Below, piece after piece: positions 8,972-17,949 of a DNA stretch of 43,900 nt. Every line of letters starts with the position of its first letter. Position 1 is the first letter of the stretch. The stretch covers positions 1-43,900 of the forward strand of contig CALVRT010000079.1 in NCBI GenBank assembly GCA_944358735.1. The letters are read 5' to 3'. Under the pieces are notes generated by a model. It ran no database searches. It was not told the origin of the DNA and saw nothing but the letters and a program-made list of their open reading frames with translations. This DNA is from an uncultured Bacilli bacterium (lineage in GTDB: Bacteria > Bacillota_I > Bacilli_A > RF39 > UBA660). The position numbers and the translations under genes were made by a program.

Positions 8972-9101
8972 AATTCACCCTCCTATTATATATCATAGGA
9001 GTTTTTTTTAAAAAATCCTGCAAGAAATCGAAAAAAAATGAAAAAATTTTAAATTTCTTCAAAATGAGATTTTAGAAATTTAATTTAAAGTACAAAAAAA
9101 G

Positions 9102-9623
9102 TTATTTTTGGAAAATTTTAATGTTTTTTCCGCCATAACTTTTATTTTTTATTAAATTATAAGGACAAATTATATTTTCTTTCTCATATTCACAAACTAA
9201 AAGACCATTATCTTTTAATAAATTATTTTTTATAATTAGTTCTATCGCTTTAGAAATTAAATTATCATCATAAGGAGGGTCTAAAAAAATAATATCAAAA
9301 TTTTTATTACATTTTTTTAAATAATTTATATAATCATCTTTTACTATAGTTATATCTTCTTTTATATTTTGAATGTTGTGTTTTAATGTTTTTATAACAA
9401 TAGGATTATTGTCAACCAACACTAATTCTTTTGCTCCATTACTAATAGCTTCTAAACCGAGTGAACCTGACCCTGCAAACAGGTCTAAACAGCTACTTTC
9501 ATCCAAATAAGGATTAAGCATAGCGAATAACGATTCTTTGATTCTTCCCATTGTCGGTCTTGTCCCTTTTATGTTATAACCATCTAATTTTTTTCCTTTA
9601 TATTTACCACTTATGATTTGCAT
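9102..9623 (-). CDS. rsmD: 16S rRNA (guanine966-N2)-methyltransferase
   Basis: 173 aa. GTRPTMGRIKESLF, the SAM motif DLFAGSGSLGLEA, and DPPY. Confidence 0.88.
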   Translation of the reverse strand: MQIISGKYKGKKLDGYNIKGTRPTMGRIKESLFAMLNPYLDESSCLDLFAGSGSLGLEAISNGAKELVLVDNNPIVIKTLKHNIQNIKEDITIVKDDYINYLKKCNKNFDIIFLDPPYDDNLISKAIELIIKNNLLKDNGLLVCEYEKENIICPYNLIKNKSYGGKNIKIFQK

Positions 9624-9671
9624 ATTTTCACCTCATATAATAAAAACCCTTTTAAAGGGTTAAAAGCATAA

Positions 9672-9747
9672 TGGTGCCGGAAACAGGACTCGAACCTGCG
9701 ACCTGCTGATTACGAGACAGCTGCTCTACCAACTGAGCTAATACGGC
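9672..9747 (-). tRNA. tRNA-Thr (anticodon CGU), imperfect stems
   Basis: 76-nt cloverleaf folded by hand with D-arm GCTC/GAGC, anticodon loop CTCGTAA, T-loop TTCGAGT and encoded CCA. The acceptor stem has two non-pairing positions as I fold it. Confidence 0.7.
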
Positions 9748-9816
9748 AACTGTATTCATTATACCTTAATTTTATTTATTTGTAAATAAATTATGAAACA
9801 AGGAAACTAGAATATA

Positions 9817-11328
9817 CTAATTTCCTTGTTTTAATATTATCATAGCAATAGTTGTAATCCCCTCACCAGCATTTGGCATTATTGTTGAAATAATAAAATC
9901 CATCGCAAATAAAGTAATTAAAATCGTACAAATAACTATTTTAACTAAATAAGGAATTTTTCGGTAAAGATTATCTAAAAGTGGAGCAATTAAATAAATA
10001 ACCGCACACCCTCCAAGACCAAATAAAATTAAAACTTCTAAACATATTCGGCCATCTATATTCATAAAGAAACCACTATAATCCCACCATTTTAAATGAT
10101 AAACAAATTCCAAATAAGCACTAACAAAATATTCAATAAAACCGCCAATCATTAATGATAAAAGGAAAACAAATAACGGTTTTTCTCTTATTTTATAAAG
10201 TAATATTAATATAGCGATCCCCCCGACTCCATAAATTGGAAGCCAAGGTCCAGTAAGCGTCCCTTTATTGACAAAATCACCAGTTCTAAATAAGTTTAAA
10301 GCAACTTCCCAGCACCACCCCATTATCGCAATTGTAAAGAAAATTAACACTAAACTTAAAACAGAATATTCCCGATTATAATCAATTTTTAACCATCTAC
10401 GGATATTTTTCTTAACTAAACCTTCAGGATAAATATCACCAGTTTCCATTAACTTCTTATCATTAAATAAATTACTTAAACTTTCATCATTAGCAAGTAA
10501 ATTTTCCCTTAAAGTTAAATATAAATTACCATAAGTCATTTGATAATATGGTTCAGTTATCAGTAAATTAGAAATATTTAAAGTAAGTAAACCAAGGATT
10601 TTCCAACCCAAAAATGATAAATCCAATTTAAAACAATTCCATTTTTGACCGTCCATCATTTGCCTTGATAATTTAAAGGCTTCTTTTTTACTTATACCAG
10701 GATTTTCAGCCAAAATATAAGGTATCATTAAATAAGAATAATATTTAATTACCCCACCAACAATCGTTAAACACCAAAGTAAAATATATAACTGTCTTAA
10801 AAACATTATTTTAACAACATTTAAAGTTTTTTTAACTCGGATAACAAAGAAAATTTTATCGATTGGGGTATTTTTATAATTAACTTTTTCAATAAAGAAA
10901 CGGTTGCGGCCAACTTCTATGGTACTACTGATAAATAACCAGAAAAAGAAACCAACAATAAGACCGGTAAAAATTATAATACCACTAGCTATTTGATTAT
11001 AAAAAAGTATTTGATTTAACCCATTTAACGTGCCAATAAAGAAAGAATTAGCCGAAGCAATATTATTAGCAAAAATAGCTAATATTCCTTTTGAGGCATT
11101 TGACGCATCAACATATGATTCAAAGCCGTTCAAAATGCTATCTAAAATATGAAAATTATTAATATAATTGGTAACTGTATTTTCTGCTTCCGTCCGAATA
11201 TTAAAAGATACTAAATCATAACCTTCATTAATTAAAACAAATGCAATAAAAGCGACAATAACTGCCCTAAAATAATTATGTTTTAAGTTTTTTCTCGCTT
11301 TTTGTTTTAATTTTTTTCTTTCAATCAT
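9817..11328 (-). CDS. polytopic membrane protein: DUF975-like N-half fused to CmpB/DUF1113-like C-half
   Basis: The N-terminus MIERKKLKQKARKNLKHNYFRAV is DUF975-like. The C-terminal LTGPWLPIYGVGG ... WWDYSGFFMNIDGRICLE matches the putative ABC-transporter type IV family pattern. Confidence 0.75.
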   Translation of the reverse strand: MIERKKLKQKARKNLKHNYFRAVIVAFIAFVLINEGYDLVSFNIRTEAENTVTNYINNFHILDSILNGFESYVDASNASKGILAIFANNIASANSFFIGTLNGLNQILFYNQIASGIIIFTGLIVGFFFWLFISSTIEVGRNRFFIEKVNYKNTPIDKIFFVIRVKKTLNVVKIMFLRQLYILLWCLTIVGGVIKYYSYLMIPYILAENPGISKKEAFKLSRQMMDGQKWNCFKLDLSFLGWKILGLLTLNISNLLITEPYYQMTYGNLYLTLRENLLANDESLSNLFNDKKLMETGDIYPEGLVKKNIRRWLKIDYNREYSVLSLVLIFFTIAIMGWCWEVALNLFRTGDFVNKGTLTGPWLPIYGVGGIAILILLYKIREKPLFVFLLSLMIGGFIEYFVSAYLEFVYHLKWWDYSGFFMNIDGRICLEVLILFGLGGCAVIYLIAPLLDNLYRKIPYLVKIVICTILITLFAMDFIISTIMPNAGEGITTIAMIILKQGN

Positions 11329-11388
11329 CGCAACCTACTTCCTATTCTCTTTTAAATTATAACATATTTCCTCAATTTTGACGAGTAC

Positions 11389-11417
11389 TTGACAAGCGAA
11401 AATAAATTCGCTATAAT
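11389..11417 (+). promoter_or_regulatory. sigma-A type promoter of the argS leader
   Basis: TTGACA (11389..11394), 17-nt spacer, TATAAT (11412..11417). Confidence 0.55.
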
Positions 11418-11439
11418 CTTAAATAGTTTATTAAACAAC

Positions 11440-11630
11440 GACGAAGGAATAGTAATAAAATCCCTTATCTATAGTGAGTCAGTGGTTAGTGGAAACTGAA
11501 GATAATATTTTATGAACGCGCCTTCCTAGTTTAAGCGTATTTCTGCGTTAAAGAACAAAGTGCATAGAACTTCTATGAAGTAAGGTGGTACCGCGAAAAT
11601 TCGTCCTTATTTTATAGAAGTTTTTATATT
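11440..11630 (+). promoter_or_regulatory. T-box riboswitch leader (Arg)
   Basis: Stem I base GAAGG/CCTTC with AATAGTA and helix ATAAAAT/ATTTTAT. Specifier loop GAA-CGC-G (CGC at 11517..11519). T-box motif AAGGTGGTACCGCG (11582..11595). Terminator AACTTCTAT (11568..11576) / ATAGAAGTT (11614..11622) plus a T-run. Confidence 0.85.
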
Positions 11631-11644
11631 TTAAGGAGGAGATT

Positions 11645-13312
11645 ATGGAAAAATTATTTAATGAAGTATTTAAAAAATTAGGTTATGATGTAAATGTTAA
11701 AATTGTTAAATCAAATAATGCTGATTTTCAGTGTGATGATTTATTTAAACTAGCTAAAACTTATCATAAAGCACCAATGCAAATTGGCGAAGAATTTGCA
11801 AAAGAAATCAAAGAAATAGACAATTTTAGCGACTATTTTAACGATGTCTTTATTTCTAAACCAGGATTTATCAATATTAATGTTAGTGACAAATATATTT
11901 GTAATAATTTAAAACAGTTGATGGAAAAACCTATTTTAGGAAGCACTAAAGAAGATAGTACTATTGTCATTGACTATGGTGGACCTAATGTTGCTAAACC
12001 ACTCCATGTTGGGCACTTAAGAGCAGCCATTATCGGCCAAGCCATTTACAATATTTTAAAATTTAAAGGTAATAACGTAATTGGAGACGTTCATTTAGGT
12101 GATATTGGTCTGCAAATTGGGCAAGTTATTTACGGAATTATGGAAGACTTTCCAAATACCGATTTCAAAGATATCGAGCTTGATTTAGACTATTTAAATG
12201 AAGCTTATCCAAGAATGAGTAAATTATGTAAAGAAAATGAAGACATAAAAAACAAGTGCGCTAAAATTACCAAAGACCTGCAAGATGGTGACCCTAATTA
12301 TCACATCTTATGGGAAAAGATTAGAAAAGTTTCAATTGATGACATTAGAAACATTTACAACTATTTAAATGTTCACTTTGACTATTGGTATGGTGAAAGT
12401 GATTCTCATAAAGAATTTCCAGAAATGATGAAATTTTTAGAAAAACAAGGTGTTGTTAAAGATGATGATGGTGCGAAAATTATTGAAGTTAAAGAGGATG
12501 ATGATAAATTTGATATGCCACCTTGTCTAATTCAAAAAAGTGATGGTGCTTATCTTTATGCAACTAGTGATTTAGGAACAATTTGGCAAAGAGCAAGAGA
12601 TTTTCATCCTGACAATATTATTTATGTTGTCGACGGCAGACAAGGTATGTACTTCAAGCAAATCTTTAGAGCTGTTAAGAAAAGCCATATGTATGATGGC
12701 ATCCTTGAACACTATGGTTTTGGCACAGTTAATGGTCCTGATAACAAACCATTTAAAACCAGAGCTGGTGGTAGTTTAAAATTAGTTGATTTAATTAAAG
12801 AAGTTAAGGATGAATTTACTAATATGCGTGAAGATAATAAAAGTATGGACTCCAAAGATATTGATAAAATTGTTGTCTCTATTTTAAAGTTTGCCGACTT
12901 ACAAAACGATTTAGAACGTAATTATATCTTTGATATTAAAAAATTCAGTGAAGTTAATGGTAAAACAGGTCCTTATATTTTATATACTTACTTAAGAATT
13001 AATAAAATTATCAATGAAAATAATGGTAATTTATCTGATAAAATTTATAACGAAAGCGACAGAGCTTTAAGACTTAAATTATTAGAAGTAAGTAATGTTA
13101 TTAATACAGCAGCTAAAGAAAGAAAACCGCATCATATTGCTACTTATTTATATGATTTATCAGTTTTAGCTAATAACTTCTATCAAAATAATCGCCTAGC
13201 TGATTTAGAAGGTCAAAATAAAGATGACTTTGAAATCGTTTTAAACTTCAATAACAAAGTAATTAAAACTTTACTTGACTTATTAGGTATTGAAATTCCT
13301 AAAAAAATGTAA
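11645..13312 (+). CDS. argS: arginine--tRNA ligase
   Basis: 555 aa. HIGH-type motif AKPLHVGHLR, class I ArgRS architecture, SD AAGGAGGAG upstream. Confidence 0.95.
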   Translation: MEKLFNEVFKKLGYDVNVKIVKSNNADFQCDDLFKLAKTYHKAPMQIGEEFAKEIKEIDNFSDYFNDVFISKPGFININVSDKYICNNLKQLMEKPILGSTKEDSTIVIDYGGPNVAKPLHVGHLRAAIIGQAIYNILKFKGNNVIGDVHLGDIGLQIGQVIYGIMEDFPNTDFKDIELDLDYLNEAYPRMSKLCKENEDIKNKCAKITKDLQDGDPNYHILWEKIRKVSIDDIRNIYNYLNVHFDYWYGESDSHKEFPEMMKFLEKQGVVKDDDGAKIIEVKEDDDKFDMPPCLIQKSDGAYLYATSDLGTIWQRARDFHPDNIIYVVDGRQGMYFKQIFRAVKKSHMYDGILEHYGFGTVNGPDNKPFKTRAGGSLKLVDLIKEVKDEFTNMREDNKSMDSKDIDKIVVSILKFADLQNDLERNYIFDIKKFSEVNGKTGPYILYTYLRINKIINENNGNLSDKIYNESDRALRLKLLEVSNVINTAAKERKPHHIATYLYDLSVLANNFYQNNRLADLEGQNKDDFEIVLNFNNKVIKTLLDLLGIEIPKKM

Positions 13313-13316
13313 CTTA

Positions 13317-13346
13317 AAAGCTATATGGGGTGTTCATATAGCTTTT
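13317..13346. terminator. bidirectional terminator between argS and the MerR-family gene
   Basis: 12-bp stem AAAAGCTATATG / CATATAGCTTTT with a 6-nt loop. Confidence 0.6.
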
Positions 13347-13705
13347 TATTTACTTTGTTTTTGACCGCTAAATAATTCTATTTTATAAGCTAATTTATCA
13401 TAAGCAGCCTGCATTGTTTTAATTTTTTCCATTATTTTAGTTTGTTCATTTTTTAATAGTGTTATCCGTCTATCAAGAGTTTCATCACCTATTTCTAGTA
13501 AATCTAAATATTCCTTTAAAGTTGATACCGGCATTTGCGCACTACGCATACATTTAACAAATTCAATTCTTTTTAAATCATCTTCACTATAATCCCGAAT
13601 ACCACTACTATTTTTAGCTATTGGACCAATTAAACCTTCTTTTTCATAATAACGAAGTGTATCATTTGATAACCCATATTTTTTTGCAACTTCTTTAATC
13701 TGCAT
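13346..13705 (-). CDS. MerR-family transcriptional regulator
   Basis: MQIKEVAKKYGLSNDTLRYYEKEGLI is the MerR HTH signature. GAGGTG lies 6 nt upstream of ATG 13705. Confidence 0.85.
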   Translation of the reverse strand: MQIKEVAKKYGLSNDTLRYYEKEGLIGPIAKNSSGIRDYSEDDLKRIEFVKCMRSAQMPVSTLKEYLDLLEIGDETLDRRITLLKNEQTKIMEKIKTMQAAYDKLAYKIELFSGQKQSK

Positions 13706-13754
13706 ACAAATCACCTCAAATAGATTATATACCTTAAAGTTTACTTCAAGTCAA

Positions 13755-14249
13755 TTATAAATCAATAATTTCATAATTATAATTTAAAGAATCAAAAAAC
13801 TTAAACATATCATTCATATTTATGAAAATGGTTTTCGTATTAACGTTTGGGTGAAAACTAATGCGTTCTTCATTTATTATTTCTTTATCAATATATATTT
13901 TAATATCCTGGTCTTTATTGTTTAAAAGGCCAAAAATTGAAACAACACCTGGTTCTAATCCCATTTTTTCTTCTAAAGAATCAGCCGAAGCAAACTGTAA
14001 TCTTTTTTCACCAGTTAAACTTGCAAGTTTTGTCATATCAACTGATTTCTTATCATCTAAAATTATTAAATAAAAATTTTTCTTTTTCTTATCTCTTAAA
14101 AATAAAGTTTTAGAGCGAACTCCGTCAACGCCTTCAATATACTTATCGGCAAATTCAGTGGTCGTTGCTGCCGGATGTGTTACAACTTCATAAGCTATTT
14201 TTAATTCATCTAAATAATTTAAAACTTCTATACTTAAATCCATAAACAT
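13755..14249 (-). CDS. YbaK/ProX-type aminoacyl-tRNA editing domain protein
   Basis: 164 aa. The pattern THPAATT ... KTLFLRDKKKK.FYLII ... GVVSIFGL ... ISFHPN is typical of prolyl-tRNA-synthetase-associated editing proteins. Confidence 0.8.
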   Translation of the reverse strand: MFMDLSIEVLNYLDELKIAYEVVTHPAATTTEFADKYIEGVDGVRSKTLFLRDKKKKNFYLIILDDKKSVDMTKLASLTGEKRLQFASADSLEEKMGLEPGVVSIFGLLNNKDQDIKIYIDKEIINEERISFHPNVNTKTIFINMNDMFKFFDSLNYNYEIIDL

Positions 14250-14256
14250 TTCTCCC

Positions 14257-15471
14257 TTAAACTGGATATTTTTCTGTCAAATTAATAATTTCCTTTTTTA
14301 TTTCTTCTAACATTTCTTGATTTTGATAATTTTTTAAGGTTTTAGCAATTAAATGCCCGATAGTGATAAAATATTCTTCCCCTAGCCCTCTAGTTGTCAT
14401 GGCCGCAGCACCTAACCGAATACCACTAGTTATAAATGGTTTCTCTAAATCGTTTGGTATCATATTTTTATTAACGGTAATATTTACTTTATCTAAAAGT
14501 TCTTCAGCAACCTTTCCCGTTAAATCAGAACCACTTTTCACATTTAGTAAAAACAAATGATTATCCGTACCACCAGAGACAATTTCAAAACCTTCTTTTT
14601 TTAAAGTGTCAGCTAAAACTTTAGTATTTTTAATAACTTTTCTCGCATATTCTTTAAATTCTGGTTGTAGTGCTTCATAAAAACACTGGGCTTTAGCCGC
14701 GATAACATGCATTAATGGGCCGCCTTGAATACCAGGAAAAACCATTTTATCAATTTTTTTAGCCAGTTCTGCACTATTAGTCATAATAATGCCACCTCTA
14801 GGTCCTCTTAATGTTTTATGCGTTGTCGAGGTAACTACATCAGCATAAGGCATCGGATTTGGATGCAAACCAGCAGCAACTAGTCCGGCAATATGCGCCA
14901 TATCAACCATTAAATAAGCCCCGCATTTATCAGCTATTTCTTTAAATTTTTTAAAGTCAATAATTCTAGAATAAGCCGAAGCCCCAGCAATAATCATTTT
15001 AGGCTTTTCTTTTAAAGCTAACTTCTCAACTTCTTCATAATTAATAAAACCATCAGCATCAACATCATAAGATACAATTTCATAATCTTGACCACTAAAA
15101 GACATTTTATGACCATGCGTCAAATGTCCACCATTAGCTAAACTCATGCCCATTACTTTATCCCCTGGTTTAAGTAAAGCTCTATAAACGGCCATATTAG
15201 CACTTGAGCCACTATGGGGCTGAACATTAGCATATTTACAACCAAAAAGTTCTTTTAAATATTTTTGAGCCTGACTTTCAAAAATATCAATATACTCACA
15301 GCCACCATAATAACGTTTACCAGGATAGCCTTCAGCATATTTATTAGTTAAGATACTTCCTTGTAAAACCAAAATATCTTTAGAAACATAATTTTCACTG
15401 GCAATTAATTCAATATTATTTCTTTGTCTATTTTTTTCTTTTTCTAAAGCATCTTTTAAAACTTTATCCAT
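14257..15471 (-). CDS. glyA: serine hydroxymethyltransferase
   Basis: 404 aa. [11 protein letters not shown], the PLP site [14 protein letters not shown], and typical length. Confidence 0.96.
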   Translation of the reverse strand: MDKVLKDALEKEKNRQRNNIELIASENYVSKDILVLQGSILTNKYAEGYPGKRYYGGCEYIDIFESQAQKYLKELFGCKYANVQPHSGSSANMAVYRALLKPGDKVMGMSLANGGHLTHGHKMSFSGQDYEIVSYDVDADGFINYEEVEKLALKEKPKMIIAGASAYSRIIDFKKFKEIADKCGAYLMVDMAHIAGLVAAGLHPNPMPYADVVTSTTHKTLRGPRGGIIMTNSAELAKKIDKMVFPGIQGGPLMHVIAAKAQCFYEALQPEFKEYARKVIKNTKVLADTLKKEGFEIVSGGTDNHLFLLNVKSGSDLTGKVAEELLDKVNITVNKNMIPNDLEKPFITSGIRLGAAAMTTRGLGEEYFITIGHLIAKTLKNYQNQEMLEEIKKEIINLTEKYPV

Positions 15472-15769
15472 TTTTTCGCTCCTTTCCTAGAAACAAACCT
15501 AATATCATTATATCAAATTTTCCAAGAAAAAAGACACATTTATGTCTATTTTATATTATTTATAATTTCATTTTCTAAAACATAATTATTGTTAATTCTG
15601 TACCAAAAATTAAAAATAATCTTTTATTACTAAAGCTCATACTATACTATATGAATTTTTAATTACTGTAAGTCCTCAAAAATATAAAGCCTACCTTTTC
15701 TTTTTCATAAACTAATAACATTTGTGAGCCATATACTATTATATGATTTAAAAATATTAAATATAAAAA

Positions 15770-15846
15770 TGGCGTCCATGAGAGGGTTCGAACCTCCGAC
15801 CTATCGCTTAGGAGGCGATTGCTCTATCCAGCTGAGCTACATGGAC
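15770..15846 (-). tRNA. tRNA-Arg (anticodon CCU)
   Basis: 77 nt. Perfect acceptor GTCCATG/CATGGAC, anticodon stem ATCGC/GCGAT with loop CTCCTAA, T-loop TTCGAAC, encoded CCA. Confidence 0.92.
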
Positions 15847-15865
15847 ACAACTTAATTATATCACA

Positions 15866-15897
15866 AAAAAAATAAGACATAAAGTCTTATCCAAAAA
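15866..15897. repeat. 32-bp direct repeat, copy A (duplicate of ndk 3' end plus terminator)
   Basis: AAAAAAATAAGACATAAAGTCTTATCCAAAAA is identical to 17950..17981. Confidence 0.9.
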
Positions 15898-15989
15898 TTG
15901 AGGTATTTTTATATACAATTTTAACCATTATTATAGTATCATTAACACCACTTAAATTAGTATAATTTTCTTTATTTTTATCTTTCCAT

Positions 15990-16817
15990 TTAACTTAAAA
16001 GCTTATCAATTTCTTTTCTATTTAAACCTTCAATTATTATATGTTTACTATCATATTCTGTAATTTTAGATTTATCTATTTTAGACATAATTTGATTATA
16101 ATCACCAACATGATAAATATTTTCCCCTTCATTAATACAAATAACTAACTGTATTCTATCACATTTAAGTTCTTTTTTATCAGGATTTTTAGGAAAAATA
16201 CTTCTAACACTTTCAGTTAAAACATATGTGGCAGTAACTTTTTTACCGGTTTTGTTTAAAATGGCTTTAGCGTAATAAATATCAATATTTTGTTTATTAT
16301 GTAGCCATGAATCAAATTCTAAAGGCTTTTTATTAAACAATAACGCTTCTTTTTTACTAATTATAAGAGGCCAAAAAGCTGAATATAAAGTTAATTCTTC
16401 ATCTTCATTAGAAAGTACTTTTTCGCACATTTCCTTTAATACATCTTTATTAAAACTAATTACTTCATCATAATTATTTAAAAATTCTTCTAAAGACATA
16501 GCTTTATCATCAAAAACAATCTCACTATTCCAGTAATTTACAATTCTTTTAACCACATCAAATAAATCTTTTATTTCATTAACTGGTGCGGGACTAGGTA
16601 AATTCAAATTAATATAATTTTTATTGTAATCTACAGAAATACCTCTACCTATATGATTAGGATTATAAAGAACAAAGTTCTCATCTTCTATTTCGTCTAA
16701 TACTAAAATCATTGCTTCATCATAATATCCACAAGCCAAATCATCACCTAAAATAATTTCAATAGGTAATTTCTTTTTTAATAATCCTTTTTGATTTATT
16801 TGTACATTTAAAGCCAT
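15990..16817 (-). CDS. hypothetical protein (275 aa)
   Basis: Long ORF with no signal peptide and no catalytic motif I recognise. Its start overlaps the stop of the upstream ORF (ATGA at 16817). Confidence 0.7.
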   Translation of the reverse strand: MALNVQINQKGLLKKKLPIEIILGDDLACGYYDEAMILVLDEIEDENFVLYNPNHIGRGISVDYNKNYINLNLPSPAPVNEIKDLFDVVKRIVNYWNSEIVFDDKAMSLEEFLNNYDEVISFNKDVLKEMCEKVLSNEDEELTLYSAFWPLIISKKEALLFNKKPLEFDSWLHNKQNIDIYYAKAILNKTGKKVTATYVLTESVRSIFPKNPDKKELKCDRIQLVICINEGENIYHVGDYNQIMSKIDKSKITEYDSKHIIIEGLNRKEIDKLLS

Positions 16818-17524
16818 TATTTACCTTCTTTCTCTAATTTTCTTTTTATATACCTAATACCTTTTTCAGCTGCTCGCTTTACTTCTTTAACATCACTACT
16901 AGCATATTTTTCAAAAATTGGTAATAGTTTAGGTTCACGATATTTAGCTAAAGCATCTAAAACGCCTCGGGCATTATAATCTTCATCAATAATTGACAAA
17001 AGAGGTTCGATAAACTTTTCGTCTCTCATTTTCCCGCACGCTCTAATAATATTATGTTTTATTTGTCTAACTCTTTTATCATCTGATTTTAATAATTTAA
17101 TATATTCATCTACATATTTTTTATCATAAACATATTCCAGGAAAGTGCCGATCTGTGGTGGTACCGCATTATGTTCATCATCAATATATTTAAATTTATA
17201 TATTTCTTTTATAAAAAACGGTATCAAGTCTTTATTACGATTATCATCTTTATAATATAAACAACTTATTAAAAAATTTTGTTCATTATCATAAATAGCT
17301 TTCTTATAATATTTTAAAACTATTGGTCTTGTAATTTCGGGATTATTTCGGCAAACCCAGTAATCGTCATAATGCCGTTTAATCTCAAAACCCATTTTTT
17401 CTAATTCTTCATCAAAATTATTTAAAACACTACCCTTACGTGCGCGAAGTTTCCATTTATCTTCATCATCGGCAGTAATTTTATCAGCTACATAAAGCCA
17501 TATTTCATCAGGTACTTTACTCAT
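16817..17524 (-). CDS. hypothetical protein with HEAT/ARM-like C-terminal repeats (235 aa)
   Basis: C-terminal helical repeats: KRVRQIKHNIIRACGKMRDEKFIEPLLSII ... RGVLDALAKYREPKLLPIFEKYASSDVKEVKRAAEKGI. Confidence 0.7.
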   Translation of the reverse strand: MSKVPDEIWLYVADKITADDEDKWKLRARKGSVLNNFDEELEKMGFEIKRHYDDYWVCRNNPEITRPIVLKYYKKAIYDNEQNFLISCLYYKDDNRNKDLIPFFIKEIYKFKYIDDEHNAVPPQIGTFLEYVYDKKYVDEYIKLLKSDDKRVRQIKHNIIRACGKMRDEKFIEPLLSIIDEDYNARGVLDALAKYREPKLLPIFEKYASSDVKEVKRAAEKGIRYIKRKLEKEGK

Positions 17525-17821
17525 ATTATCATCTCTTTCTTTTATGGTCCAGCTTACGGATTTTAATACTTTTTTATCTTCTTCATCAAAGTTACAGGCA
17601 GATTACTTATACATAAACAAATTAATTATAACCAATTTAACCTTCGTTTGCTTCTTGGCATCTACATCAAATATAACTTTATCCCAAGCATCATAAGTAT
17701 AATAATTTTCTTTCAATAACTTTATTATATCATCTTATAAGTTATTTATAAAGTAATATTGTTTTTATATTTTAAAAGACCGATATTATCGTTATCGTAA
17801 GTATAATACATCACATAATAA

Positions 17822-17905
17822 AAAAGCACAGTTACAAGGTCTAAAACCAAGTAAGCTGTGCTTGAACCAATATTGGGCAGGTACCTGCAAGCAGGGTCCT
17901 TCCTT
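17822..17905 (-). ncRNA. candidate small RNA (about 85 nt)
   Basis: Minus-strand promoter: TTGAAT (17935..17940), 17-nt spacer, TGgTATATT (-10 at 17912..17917). Terminator: AGCACAG(C)TTAC / GTAACTGTGCT (17825..17862) plus a T-run. No ATG in between. Confidence 0.35.
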
Positions 17906-17949
17906 AAATAGAATATACCATATCCTGATAAATTATTCAAGATATTTAG

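Noticed and set aside
15472-15769. 300-bp gap upstream of glyA, checked for a riboswitch (ZTP/pfl, THF, T-box).
   Set aside because: I could not find the conserved cores of those elements. I saw only an extended -10 (TGATATAAT) and a weak 5-bp hairpin.
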